Part shown: positions 47,900 through 57,641 of the stretch, in pieces
Numbering within the stretch: position 1 is the stretch's first letter
Layout of the letters: every line of letters begins with the position of its first letter
Source: an uncultured bacterium
Lineage (GTDB): Bacteria > Desulfobacterota_D > UBA1144 > Nemesobacterales > UBA2774
Assembly: GCA_963705505.1 (NCBI GenBank)
Contig: CAVPJU010000006.1
Location: 352,001-416,000 of the forward strand
Direction of reading: 5' to 3'
DNA: 64,000 nt
Notes under the pieces: model-generated
What the model was told of the DNA's origin: nothing
Databases searched by the model: none
Seen by the model: only the letters and a program-made list of their open reading frames with translations
Program-made: the position numbers and the translations under genes

Positions 47900-49400
47900 A
47901 TGAAGACATTATTCTCAGTTCTACTTTTAGGTATGACTTGTCTCGCGCTCGCGGCATGCAACGATACGGGCGGAGGCGGAGGGTTCGTACCTTCGGGCAG
48001 CATACTCGCCGTCGCCCAGAAAGCGGGCTCCGAGGAGACGATTAAGGTGGGGGGACTCCCCGGCGCCGCGCCTTCAGGGAGCACTGTAGAGGTGACGGAT
48101 ATTGATACCGGCCAGACAAAAACGACGACCGCCAATTCGGACGGGAGCTTCGACCCGGCGTTCGTGGGCGATACGGACGATTCCTTTAATGTGGTCGTGA
48201 CGAATGACGGTGGAGTAATAGAAGACATCGTCATAGGCGTTACCCTTCTCTCGGACGCAGTCGAGCAGAATCTGGCCAAGTTAGGAAGCGTACCCGCAGA
48301 CATCGAAATAAGGGGAGACAGGGCGTACGTCGTAAACGGGTTTTCCGATAACATATATGTATTCGACCTGAATCAAAATCCCCCAGAAAAAATAGGTGAA
48401 ATCGGACTCCCACCCAATTCAAATCCCATAGACATGGCTTTCCTGGACGATACGCACGCATACGTGGCTAATAACATAGGGCAGAGCGTTGCCCGAGTAA
48501 ACGTACAAACCAGGGTTTGCGAGGCGCTCATAGTGAGAGCCGGACAGGGCGGCGTGACTGCACCCTGCCAGAGCGTGCTCACAGTCGCGGGAACCCCGTT
48601 CGAGGAGCCCGTAAGAGTAGCCATAACGAAGGGAAGGGTTTATGTGACAAACAATAACCTGGACGAGAATTTCAACCCCATGGGAAACGGATTTATCTCG
48701 ATGATCAACGCGACGAATAATCAGTTCATCGGCACGATACAAGCTACAGGCGTGAATACAACGAGCATGGTCGTCATTGGCGACACACTCTACGCCATGA
48801 ACAACGGAGCGGTGCTTTTCGACCCCGACACGAACGAATTTACATGCGATTTCGATTTCCCGCCCTCGATCGATCTCATAAATACACAGTCAAACGTGCT
48901 GTTCGACACGATCGACATCCCGCTGAGCCCCGAAAACCCGACCGTCTGCCTGCCCAGCCCTCTCGTCGCAACCCCTGACGGAAGGTTCGGGTATACGGGT
49001 CTCGGGTCTCGTGGGCGGGCTCCTCAAAGTGGACCTTATCTCGGGCGACGTGATCAACGGCACCGATAACCCGATAGTAATCACGGACCTTGATTCTCTG
49101 AATTTAACAGCCGATGTCGCAATCAGAGGCAACCTGCTCTTCACAACGCTCTTCGACACAGACCAGATAGCGGTAGTCGATACGGACACGGACGAGGTGA
49201 GCCCGTTCCCGTACATCGCTCCTTTCCCGGCCGGCATAAGGGCGTTCGATCCGGGCTCGGATTTATTCGACGGCGTGCAGTCGCTCGCGATAAGGCCGGG
49301 CGTGCCGGGAGTCGACTTCGACGGTCCGGATATATTTTTCATCACGGGTATAAGCCAGCAGCTTGGCTCGGTGGATACGACACTCGGCCTCGTGGAATAA
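47900..49400 (+). CDS. YncE/BtuG-like beta-propeller lipoprotein (one-base frameshift at ~49007)
   Basis: Lipobox LAAC; propeller repeats RAYVVN, HAYVAN, RVYVTN and TLYAMN. It joins the 49011-49400 ORF (LVGGLLKVDL...). Confidence 0.7.
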
Positions 49401-49497
49401 AAACGTTTGCATAAATATCTAAAGCCGTTAATGATAATTAAACGGGGAGAGGGCAGCATCCATTCTCCCCGGAATTATCCGAGGGAGGCATTTAAAA

Positions 49498-50445
49498 ATG
49501 CGTATATGTTCATTCCTTCCGAGCACGACCGAGATTCTGTACGCCCTCGGGTTGGGGGAGAGCGTGACGGGCGTGACGCACGAATGCGATTATCCTCCGG
49601 AGGCGCGGGAGAAAAAAAGGGTCATCATGAGCTTCATAGACCCTGAGAAACTTTCGAGCCGCGAAATAGACGAGCTTGTCAGCAGGAATGCCGCGGAAGG
49701 GAAGAGCACATACCTGATAGATAAAGACGCTCTCAAAGAAGCGGACCCCGACCTCATACTGACACAGGAGCTCTGCGAGGTATGCGCCGTATCCGGGAAC
49801 GAGGTAGCAGAAGCGACAAAAGTATTGGGCCATACCCCGGATATAATTTCTTTAGAGCCGAGGACGCTCGACGAGATACTGGAAACGATCAATATAATAG
49901 GCGAAGCGACGGGGACGAGCGACATAGCGCGTGAAGTCACGGAGAAGCTCAGGCACAGGATAGAGAAGATAAGGTCGCTCCTCCGGGACGAGAGGGACCG
50001 GCCGAGGGTCTTCTGCATGGAGTGGCTCGACCCGCCTTACGTCGCCGGGCACTGGGTGCCGGAAATGGTCGCGATCGCAGGGGGCGAATGCGGAATAGGA
50101 AAAGCAGGCGAGCCCTCTTTTAAGGTCTCGTGGAAAGACATAGCGGATTTCGCGCCGCAGATGCTCTTTATAATGCCGTGCGGCTATGATATAGAAAAAA
50201 CACTCGGCGAAATCAATACGGTTATGCAGCACGAGGAGTGGTTTTCGCTGCCGTCCACGGGCAAGGGCCAGATTTACATATTCGACGCTAACTCATATTT
50301 CAGCAGGCCGGGGCCGAGGGTCGTCGACGGGCTCGAGATATTCGCCAAGACCATCCACCCGGAGCTGATGAAAAGCTACGAACCTCCGCCCGACTCGGTA
50401 ATCAATCTGAGGAACTATATGCAGTTCGAATTATTCTTAGGATAG
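49498..50445 (+). CDS. BtuF-like cobalamin-binding protein without a signal peptide
   Basis: MRICSFLPSTTEILYALG..GVTHECDYP, EWLDPPY.AGHWVPEM and FSRPGPR. Confidence 0.8.
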   Translation: MRICSFLPSTTEILYALGLGESVTGVTHECDYPPEAREKKRVIMSFIDPEKLSSREIDELVSRNAAEGKSTYLIDKDALKEADPDLILTQELCEVCAVSGNEVAEATKVLGHTPDIISLEPRTLDEILETINIIGEATGTSDIAREVTEKLRHRIEKIRSLLRDERDRPRVFCMEWLDPPYVAGHWVPEMVAIAGGECGIGKAGEPSFKVSWKDIADFAPQMLFIMPCGYDIEKTLGEINTVMQHEEWFSLPSTGKGQIYIFDANSYFSRPGPRVVDGLEIFAKTIHPELMKSYEPPPDSVINLRNYMQFELFLG

Positions 50446-50448
50446 GAA

Positions 50449-51330
50449 ATGATAAAAAAATCCCTGCTAACAATTATAATCCTCGCAATCGTAACGGCAT
50501 CGTGCCTGAAAGCCGTTGCGGCAGACACACCCAAGCGTATAGTCTCGCTCTCTCCGAACCTGACCGATATGATCTATGCGCTCGGGGAGCTCGATAAGGT
50601 AGTGGGCGTAACGATTTATTCGGATTTCCCGCCCAGTGCGAAGACTCTGCCGAAGGTGGGAGGCTGGATCAATCCCAACTACGAAGCCATACTCGCGCTC
50701 AGGCCCGATCTCGTCGTTCTTATGAAGGACCAGGACACGATATTCGGCGAGAAAATAAGGAAGCTCGGGCTCAAAACTCTCGTTACGAACAGCAACGATT
50801 CCATAAACGATATATTGAAGACGATAACCAACATGGGGGAGGTATTGGGCAGAGAGACCGAGGCGAAGAGAATGGTCTCCGATATGGAAAAGAGACTCGA
50901 AGCTATAAGGGAGAGAACGGAAGGAGTGCCGAAGAAGAAGGTCCTTCTTGTTGTCGGAAGGAACCCGGGAACCCTTGAGGACATCTACGTGATCGGGCGG
51001 AATAACTACATTAACGAGCTGATCGAATTATCCGGAGGGGTAAACGCGGTCGAAAATACGAGGCTCTCGATAAAGATCACGAAAGAGGCTATACTGACAC
51101 TCGACCCGGACGTAATAATCGAAATAAACCACGAAAAGCTGAACAAGGAAGCCGAAATCCTCGGCACATGGAGCATTCTCCACGAGTCGAGGGCCGTAAG
51201 CAGCGGTCAGGTCTATATACTGCCGAGCACCGTGCTCCTTCATCCGAGCCAGAGGATCGTTGAGGGCGCGGAGGTTTTGACAGAACTACTTCACCCCGAA
51301 TTGAAGGACAAATATGGAAACAATAATTGA
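50449..51330 (+). CDS. btuF: Cobalamin ABC transporter substrate-binding protein
   Basis: Signal peptide; RIVSLSPNLTDMIYALG and PNYEAILALRPDLV. Confidence 0.82.
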   Translation: MIKKSLLTIIILAIVTASCLKAVAADTPKRIVSLSPNLTDMIYALGELDKVVGVTIYSDFPPSAKTLPKVGGWINPNYEAILALRPDLVVLMKDQDTIFGEKIRKLGLKTLVTNSNDSINDILKTITNMGEVLGRETEAKRMVSDMEKRLEAIRERTEGVPKKKVLLVVGRNPGTLEDIYVIGRNNYINELIELSGGVNAVENTRLSIKITKEAILTLDPDVIIEINHEKLNKEAEILGTWSILHESRAVSSGQVYILPSTVLLHPSQRIVEGAEVLTELLHPELKDKYGNNN

Positions 51331-52087
51331 GTGCTCGGGAGTCTCTTTTTCTTACGGCGGCGGAGACATCATCAAGAACATCAACCTCTCGCTCCGCAAG
51401 GGTAATATGCTCGGGATACTGGGGGCGAACGGAGCCGGTAAATCGACCCTCCTTAAAGTACTCATGGGAATATTGAAAGCGCAGAAGGGAAATGTGTTTT
51501 TTAAGGACAAGCCCCTTTTGAGCCTCGACAGAAGGGAGATCGCAAAGAAGATCGCATACATTCCGCAGGACCCTGTCTTCGCATTCCCCTTCACCGTATC
51601 CGAAGTCATACTCATGGGCAGGGCTCCATATATAGGCAGGTTCGAATTCGAGAGGGAGATGGACAGGGAAGCCGCAGAGAGGGCCATGGACACCGTCGGA
51701 ATCTCTCACCTGAAAGACAGATTGATTACCGAAACCTCTTCGGGGGAAAGACAGCTCGCGTCGATCGCGAGGGCGCTCGTGCAGGAGCCCGAGGTCATGA
51801 TACTCGATGAGCCCGCCACTTTTCTCGACATCAGACACAGGAACGAAATCATGAAGCTGCTCCGAAAGCTCCGGGAGGAGCGCGGGATACTGATCATCGC
51901 AGCCACACACGATATATTCACGGCCCTCTATTATTTCGATGAAATAGTAATGATAAAAGACGGGAGCGTGTTCGCGGACGGAAAAACGGACGAGGTCATC
52001 AACCGGGAAAACCTGAGCTCGCTTTACGGAATGGAGGTCCTGGTCAAAAGGGAGGGCGGAAAAGTTTTCATCTACCCCGGCGATTGA
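51314..52087 (+). CDS. btuD: Cobalamin/iron-chelate ABC transporter ATP-binding protein
   Basis: GANGAGKST, SSGERQ and LDEPATFLD. Confidence 0.82.
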   Translation: METIIECSGVSFSYGGGDIIKNINLSLRKGNMLGILGANGAGKSTLLKVLMGILKAQKGNVFFKDKPLLSLDRREIAKKIAYIPQDPVFAFPFTVSEVILMGRAPYIGRFEFEREMDREAAERAMDTVGISHLKDRLITETSSGERQLASIARALVQEPEVMILDEPATFLDIRHRNEIMKLLRKLREERGILIIAATHDIFTALYYFDEIVMIKDGSVFADGKTDEVINRENLSSLYGMEVLVKREGGKVFIYPGD

Positions 52088-52128
52088 TTAATGCCGGGAA
52101 CCGAAATTAAATCTCACCCATAATACCG

Positions 52129-53130
52129 ATGATTGCCAAAAAGAAATTTTTACTCGCGATAAGCCTCTTATTTTTGCTCTGGGTCTTTATAGCCTCGATA
52201 AGCGTGCTTTCGGGCACGTATGACGCGAACCCTTTTGAAGCCCTCTTTAAAGGGGATGAGCTCGCAAATACTATTTTTTATAAAATCAGGATACCGAGGG
52301 TGCTCATGGCGACGGTTGCGGGAGGGACGCTCGGCATGTGCGGCGCCGCGCTCCAGGCGCTCTTCAGGAACCCTCTGGCGTCTCCGTTCACGCTGGGCAT
52401 TTCGGGAGGCGCGTCTCTGGGGGCTCTCATAGGGATAAGGCTCGGCCTGGCAGCCGGTCTGCTGGGTTTTTCGATGGTCTCTATTCTGGCGTTTCTCTTT
52501 TCTCTCTTTACCATGATCTTCGTTTACAAGGTTTCGAAGGTGGGAGGGGTAGTGGCCACCGGACGTCTGCTCCTGGCGGGCGTGGTAATGAACTTCCTCT
52601 ATTCCGCCTTCGTGCTTTTTATCCAGTTCTTTTCCAACTTCACCGAGTCGCTTCAGACCATGCGCTGGATCATGGGGAGCCTCGATATCGTGGGCTTCGA
52701 TGAGGTCTGGAAAACACTCATATTCGTAGTACCGGGGTGCCTGATACTTCTCTCGTTAACTAAGGACATGAATTTATTCGGTCTGGGAGACGACGTCGCA
52801 TCGTCACTGGGAGTTAACGTAAAGAAAATGCAAAACCAGATCTACTTCGCAACGTCTCTATCGGCGGGAGCGGTAATATCGGTAACGGGGCCTATAGGAT
52901 TCGTCGGACTGATAATTCCGCATATCCTGAGAATGCTGCTCGGGGTCGATAACAGAATCATCCTCCCCTGTTCGTTCCTGCTGGGCGCTTCGTTCCTCAC
53001 GGCCGCCGATACGGTCTCGAGGACCCTCATATCGCCCGTCGAGATACCCGTGGGGATAATAACAGCTTCCGTGGGCGGACTATTCTTTCTCTGGCTGCTT
53101 ATGAAGACAAAGAAAGAAGTTATTGTTTAG
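52129..53130 (+). CDS. btuC: Cobalamin/iron-chelate ABC transporter permease (FecCD/BtuC family)
   Basis: IRIPR, FRNPLASP.TLGISGGA, GPIGFVGLIIPH and EIPVG. Confidence 0.85.
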   Translation: MIAKKKFLLAISLLFLLWVFIASISVLSGTYDANPFEALFKGDELANTIFYKIRIPRVLMATVAGGTLGMCGAALQALFRNPLASPFTLGISGGASLGALIGIRLGLAAGLLGFSMVSILAFLFSLFTMIFVYKVSKVGGVVATGRLLLAGVVMNFLYSAFVLFIQFFSNFTESLQTMRWIMGSLDIVGFDEVWKTLIFVVPGCLILLSLTKDMNLFGLGDDVASSLGVNVKKMQNQIYFATSLSAGAVISVTGPIGFVGLIIPHILRMLLGVDNRIILPCSFLLGASFLTAADTVSRTLISPVEIPVGIITASVGGLFFLWLLMKTKKEVIV

Positions 53131-53197
53131 CTGCCGGCCCGTCGCCGCAGAGCCGATCATCAAATTAAAACAGAGAAATAACCGTGCTCTTCTTAAA

Positions 53198-53428
53198 CTA
53201 CGTGCCGGGAGCCTTGAAAGGATCGACTTCCCCCGAGGGCCGAGAAGAAGACCCTCCCGCCTGGGACGCCGCGGCAGATTTAAAAGGATCGGCATCACCC
53301 GAAGGAGCGGGCGGCGGGGTCGGCGGTGGAGGAGGCGCTGCGCTTGCGGCTGCAGCTTGACTCCCCTGAGGCTGCATGAAACGCCATATAAAAAAGGCCA
53401 AACCTATAATAATCAATGTCCACATCAT
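53198..53428 (-). CDS. Small membrane-anchored Pro/Ala-rich protein (76 aa), long copy of the micro-peptide array
   Basis: GGAGG SD; MMWTLIIIGLAFFIWRFMQPQ followed by a PPPPPTPPP linker and two DPFK motifs. Confidence 0.6.
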   Translation of the reverse strand: MMWTLIIIGLAFFIWRFMQPQGSQAAAASAAPPPPPTPPPAPSGDADPFKSAAASQAGGSSSRPSGEVDPFKAPGT

Positions 53429-53510
53429 TTCTAAATTTCCTCCGTAACGAAATATTCAGTATCAATAAGCGATCATAAAACAAGCCGCCTCAGATTAATA
53501 CCCCCCCGCT

Positions 53511-53579
53511 TTATGACTGGGGCTGGATAAAACGCCATATAAAAAAGGCCAAACCTATAATAATCAATGTCCACATCAT
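53511..53579 (-). CDS. 22-aa hydrophobic micro-peptide, array copy 2
   Basis: AGAGG SD; MMWTLIIIGLAFFIWRFIQPQS* (TAA at 53511-53513). Confidence 0.55.
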   Translation of the reverse strand: MMWTLIIIGLAFFIWRFIQPQS

Positions 53580-53659
53580 TTCTAAATTTCCTCTGTAACG
53601 AAATATTCAGTATCAAAAGCGATCATAAAACAAGCCGCCTCAGTTTAATCCCCCCCGCT

Positions 53660-53728
53660 TTATGACTGGGGCTGCATAAAACGCCACATAAAGAATGCCA
53701 AACCTATAATAATCAGTGTCCACATCAT
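53660..53728 (-). CDS. 22-aa hydrophobic micro-peptide, array copy 3
   Basis: GGAGG SD; MMWTLIIIGLAFFMWRFMQPQS* (TAA at 53660-53662). Confidence 0.55.
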   Translation of the reverse strand: MMWTLIIIGLAFFMWRFMQPQS

Positions 53729-54019
53729 CTCTAAATTTCCTCCGTAGTAAAATATTCAGTATCAAAAGCGATCATAAAACAAGCCACCTTAGACGAATCC
53801 CCCCTTCTTTATGAATATTGTTTGAAATTCACCCCTAAATAATCAGCACCTACTACCTTGATACTAATAAATTTCATATGCCCGTGTCAAGATAAAAATT
53901 CGAAGACGCCGGATAAATGCCTCGTTTCCGGGAATTATAAGGATTTCTCACCCCGGCAGGGTCAGGTTTTGCTAAAAATCGCGCTTGTAATAGACTTAAC
54001 ATGCAAGACGGAGGGTATT

Positions 54020-54487
54020 TTGTTATCGATTCTTCTGAAACCTTTCCTGAATAAAAGGAAAAGGATTAACGATAACCCGGAACTGCATCCCGATACCGAG
54101 TTCTCACTATCGTTGATCGAATCGGGGTGCCTGTTTGCGCGTATGAACGATAAAACGGCCCTGATTATAAAAAGTACGGGCCAGGAAATCGATATAATGA
54201 AGGAATTTCAGGCGATTACCGTCGGTTTCGAGCTCATCGAAAGACCCGAGTTCCCTTCACTCTCATTCTCCCTGAATATAGATACAAAGAGAAAGCAAAC
54301 GTTCCGTTTCGAATATTTTTTCAATACAGAGTCCGAGGAAGAGATGAGCATCCTCGGGAAAATGTGCGGGGAAAAGCGATTCGACATACTTTTTTATAAC
54401 TCCTCCGTGGAGTTCATTATACGGACGGAGATTTCGGATGAACAAGCCTCCGAACTCGGATCGTTATTAAACCGGGCGGGAGTGTAG
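54020..54487 (+). CDS. Hypothetical protein
   Basis: Open frame; GGAGG at 54010 suggests the TTG at 54020 as start rather than 53858. Confidence 0.55.
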   Translation: MLSILLKPFLNKRKRINDNPELHPDTEFSLSLIESGCLFARMNDKTALIIKSTGQEIDIMKEFQAITVGFELIERPEFPSLSFSLNIDTKRKQTFRFEYFFNTESEEEMSILGKMCGEKRFDILFYNSSVEFIIRTEISDEQASELGSLLNRAGV

Positions 54488-54488
54488 T

Positions 54489-54518
54489 TTGACAAACATA
54501 CCTCTTCCCTGATACTAT
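54489..54518 (+). promoter_or_regulatory. Probable sigma70 promoter of fabH
   Basis: TTGACA(54489-54494) with GATACT or TACTAT 16-18 nt downstream. Confidence 0.5.
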
Positions 54519-54551
54519 TCCCGTCGAGTAACTTGAGGAGAAACCATAAAT

Positions 54552-55529
54552 TTGAGTTTTGTTAGGTTCTTAGGCACCGGTTCATCGGCTCCGCCGAAAA
54601 TAATGACCAACCTCGACCTCGAAAAACTGGTCGATACCTCGGACGAATGGATTCAAACCAGGACCGGGATACGGGAACGGAGAATAGCCGAGCCCGACGT
54701 CGCTACGTCCGATATCGCTTATGAAGCTTCGCTCAAAGCGCTGGAAAGCTCGGGAGTGGACGCCCGCGACCTCGACGGGATAATCGTCGGCACTGTAACC
54801 CCCGATTATATATTCCCATCGACCGCCTGTATCCTCCAAAGCCGCCTCGGCGCCAAAAAAGCATTCGCATTCGATGTCCTCGCAGGCTGTTCGGGATTTT
54901 TATATGCCCTACAGGCAGGAAAGGGAATAATAAGCGCAGGGGACGCAAAAAAACTTCTTATTATCGGGGCGGAGACCCTCTCTAAAATCACCGATTTCGA
55001 GGACAGGTCAACGTGTATCCTCTTCGGGGACGGGGCGGGCGCCGCCGTTTTGTCGGAATCGGAATCACCGGGGATACTCTCGACGTGCCTCGGGGCGAAC
55101 GGGGACGAATGGCAGCTTTTGTACATGCCCGGAGGAGGCTCGCGCATGCCGGCCAGCGAAGAGAGTATTAAGAACAAATGCCATTACCTGAAAATGGCGG
55201 GAAAGGAAGTTTTTAAAGAGGCGGTAAAAGCGCTCGAATCTTCTTCGCTGGAAGCAATAAGAAAGGCGGATATCACGCCCGAGGAAATAGACCTGTTCAT
55301 ACCCCATCAGGCGAACATCAGGATACTGGAAGCCGTGAGGAAGCGCATAGGGCTTCCGGAAGAGAAGGTATTCAGCAACCTCGACAGGTACGGTAACACT
55401 TCATCCGCATCGGTCCCTCTGGCTCTCGACGAAGCAGTCAGAAGCGGAAGGGTCAAGGAAGGGGATACGATACTCATTTCGGTGTTCGGAGCGGGGTTTA
55501 CATGGGGCGCCGCGGTCGTCAGGTGGTAA
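54552..55529 (+). CDS. fabH: 3-oxoacyl-ACP synthase III
   Basis: DTSDEWIQTRTGIRERR, AGCSGF, LFGDGAGA, PHQAN and YGNTSSAS. Confidence 0.95.
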   Translation: MSFVRFLGTGSSAPPKIMTNLDLEKLVDTSDEWIQTRTGIRERRIAEPDVATSDIAYEASLKALESSGVDARDLDGIIVGTVTPDYIFPSTACILQSRLGAKKAFAFDVLAGCSGFLYALQAGKGIISAGDAKKLLIIGAETLSKITDFEDRSTCILFGDGAGAAVLSESESPGILSTCLGANGDEWQLLYMPGGGSRMPASEESIKNKCHYLKMAGKEVFKEAVKALESSSLEAIRKADITPEEIDLFIPHQANIRILEAVRKRIGLPEEKVFSNLDRYGNTSSASVPLALDEAVRSGRVKEGDTILISVFGAGFTWGAAVVRW

Positions 55530-55686
55530 GCCCGATTTCCATCCTATAAGAATTCCTGCAATCCATCCTTTTTGTGCCGTGTTTTTTGTTAATTCAAACT
55601 ATCGAGCGTAAAATAAATGGCTGCTTAAAGCGATTCCTGCCTTTAAGGGGAGATGAAGAGCCATAATTAACCAGATAATCGACGTC

Positions 55687-56538
55687 GTGCTTCCGGTCTT
55701 CCTGATCGCCCTGACAGGCTACCTGTTCGGAAAAAGAAAAAAGATAGACCTGTCGCCCATTAACGACTTCGTAATATATCTCGCCACACCCGCGTTAATA
55801 ATATCCTCTCTCTCGAGGGACACTATCGAGATATACCTCGCGGGAAAGGTCTTTATTTCCGTATGCATAATCATCGGCGTATCGATGGTCCTGTGCTTTA
55901 TGGTGCTAAAGGCGCTCAAATTTCCGCTCAAGGTCTATCTGCCCCCGGCGCTCTTCGCGAACACGGGCAACATGGGTCTTCCGCTCGCGCTTTTCGCATT
56001 CGGCAAGGCGGGCTTCAATGTGGCGATCCTGTACATGGTCTCGACCACGATCCTCCAATACACGCTCGGGATATTGATACTGAACTATGACGAAAGTCCG
56101 TTCGAGATATTCAGGCTCCCTCTCGTTTACTCGGCGATAGCCGGCGTCCTGCTGAGCGTCTCGGGGTGGAGTATGCCGGTATCCGTATTCAGGGCCTTCG
56201 ATCTGCTGGGGGAAGCGAGCATACCGACGATGATATTCGCACTCGGATATAAATTATCCGAAGTCGCCCTTACGGATGTAAACAAATCGTTCCTCGTGGG
56301 GGGCATGAGGATTTTATTGGGAGTGATGCTGGGGGCGCTGACCGTCTCGATTTTCAAGCTCGACGGGGTCGCGGCCAAGGTCGTGATACTTCAGTCCGCC
56401 ATGCCGCCCGCGATATTTAATTTCGTCCTGGCTGAAAAATACAATCAGGACTCGGAAAGAGTCGCTTCTATCATACTCGCGGGGACGCTTATCTCCGTTA
56501 TCACGACCCCTGTAATAATTGCCTTCCTGCTGGACTGA
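55687..56538 (+). CDS. AEC (auxin efflux carrier) family transporter; the true start may be ~55653-55663
   Basis: LPVFLI, TPALI, NTGNMGLP and QSAMPPA. The in-frame upstream sequence AIINQIIDV suggests a longer N-terminus. Confidence 0.85.
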   Translation: MLPVFLIALTGYLFGKRKKIDLSPINDFVIYLATPALIISSLSRDTIEIYLAGKVFISVCIIIGVSMVLCFMVLKALKFPLKVYLPPALFANTGNMGLPLALFAFGKAGFNVAILYMVSTTILQYTLGILILNYDESPFEIFRLPLVYSAIAGVLLSVSGWSMPVSVFRAFDLLGEASIPTMIFALGYKLSEVALTDVNKSFLVGGMRILLGVMLGALTVSIFKLDGVAAKVVILQSAMPPAIFNFVLAEKYNQDSERVASIILAGTLISVITTPVIIAFLLD

Positions 56539-56557
56539 TTCGATGTCCGTGATCTGC

Positions 56558-57538
56558 CTATTTACCGTCAAGACACTCGACCTTCATTATCGGAACTTCG
56601 AAGATGTGATATTCCGTGTCGTAAATAAAACCTTTCCCTCCGTCAACGTAAGAAATGCTTTCCTGCTGAGGAAGGGGGGTCAATTTTATAACTCTATAAT
56701 CTTTGCCTTCTTTAAGCTCGGCTGAAGGCTTTAATCCCGATTTCGAAAGATCGATATCGAACTCATAAGCGTCCTCGTAAGTCAGCACGAGGAATCTCCG
56801 GCCGTCGGGTGCGATGTCGAATGAAGTAATAGCGCTCTCGAGCGCGGAATCCGAATTATTTAATTTTGAAAGATCGAGCTCCCCGAGATACTCGAGCATA
56901 ACCTCCCCGCCGCCCGCATTTTCCCATCTATCCTTTTTTATCCTGAATAATTTCGCCGGAAAAGCTTCCATGTTATCGACGTTTTCCTCTTTTGTGAATA
57001 TATAAATATCGCCGTTCGGATGGATGGCCAGGCCCTCGGCATTATGGGGTCGGTCGGGGTATACAAGCTTTACTATCTTGAGCGGCGCGACACGGCGGCT
57101 GTAATTTTGAAGCTCCTCTATGACAACAATGTCAACGAAGTCTCTCTTTTCATTGTTGTCACCGATGTCAGCGATAAAAAAGCAGGTTTTGCCCGAGAAG
57201 CAGGCGCCGACGGAAGCGTCCTCGAAGTCTGATCTGCTGGAGTCAAAGCCTTCGATCCTCACAGGGCTCGTCTTACCGCCGTTCATATCGGTTGTGTAGA
57301 AATATGGTCCGCTTCCGGAGTCGTTCACATGGTAGAGCCTGCCCGGAAACTTTCGCGAAGCGGCGATTCCGCTCGCTTCGTCAAGCCTCTGATAATCGAG
57401 AGTCCCTATCTTTTCCCCTTCGCTCCACTTCGTGCACAGAACCGCACGGCTCTCGGGTACGCTAAAAAGAACTATTACCGGTATCATTGCTATTAATCCG
57501 AATCTGAACGCACGCCGGCATGAAATCGGACGCACCAT
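56558..57538 (-). CDS. Exported hypothetical protein (probable beta-propeller)
   Basis: Signal peptide; EASGIAAS..HVNDSG, DFED, IADIGDN, HNAEGL and QQESI. Confidence 0.65.
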   Translation of the reverse strand: MVRPISCRRAFRFGLIAMIPVIVLFSVPESRAVLCTKWSEGEKIGTLDYQRLDEASGIAASRKFPGRLYHVNDSGSGPYFYTTDMNGGKTSPVRIEGFDSSRSDFEDASVGACFSGKTCFFIADIGDNNEKRDFVDIVVIEELQNYSRRVAPLKIVKLVYPDRPHNAEGLAIHPNGDIYIFTKEENVDNMEAFPAKLFRIKKDRWENAGGGEVMLEYLGELDLSKLNNSDSALESAITSFDIAPDGRRFLVLTYEDAYEFDIDLSKSGLKPSAELKEGKDYRVIKLTPLPQQESISYVDGGKGFIYDTEYHIFEVPIMKVECLDGK

Positions 57539-57641
57539 CGACTACCTCCGTGTCTGAATAATTAGTGTACAATTTTACCTCCGCAATTTATCAGGCAAAA
57601 TAATTTTTTATAATATCGCCGCTTTTCGTTATTATACAGCT

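Larger units (their letters stand above)
53370..53814. repeat. Tandem array of three ~150-bp direct repeats
   Basis: Units start at ~53370, 53521 and 53670 (periods 151 and 149) with GGCTGxATxAAACGCCAxATAAA...CACATCAT...AATATTCAGTATCAA..GCGATCATAAAACAAGCC. Confidence 0.95.

Noticed and set aside
53123..53434. 103-aa Arg-rich plus-strand ORF
   Set aside because: It is the shadow of the Pro/Ala-rich minus-strand ORF, which has the SD and the repeat-conserved start.
53370..53814. CRISPR array
   Set aside because: The units are ~150-bp near-identical repeats with no unique spacers, and no cas genes are in the window.
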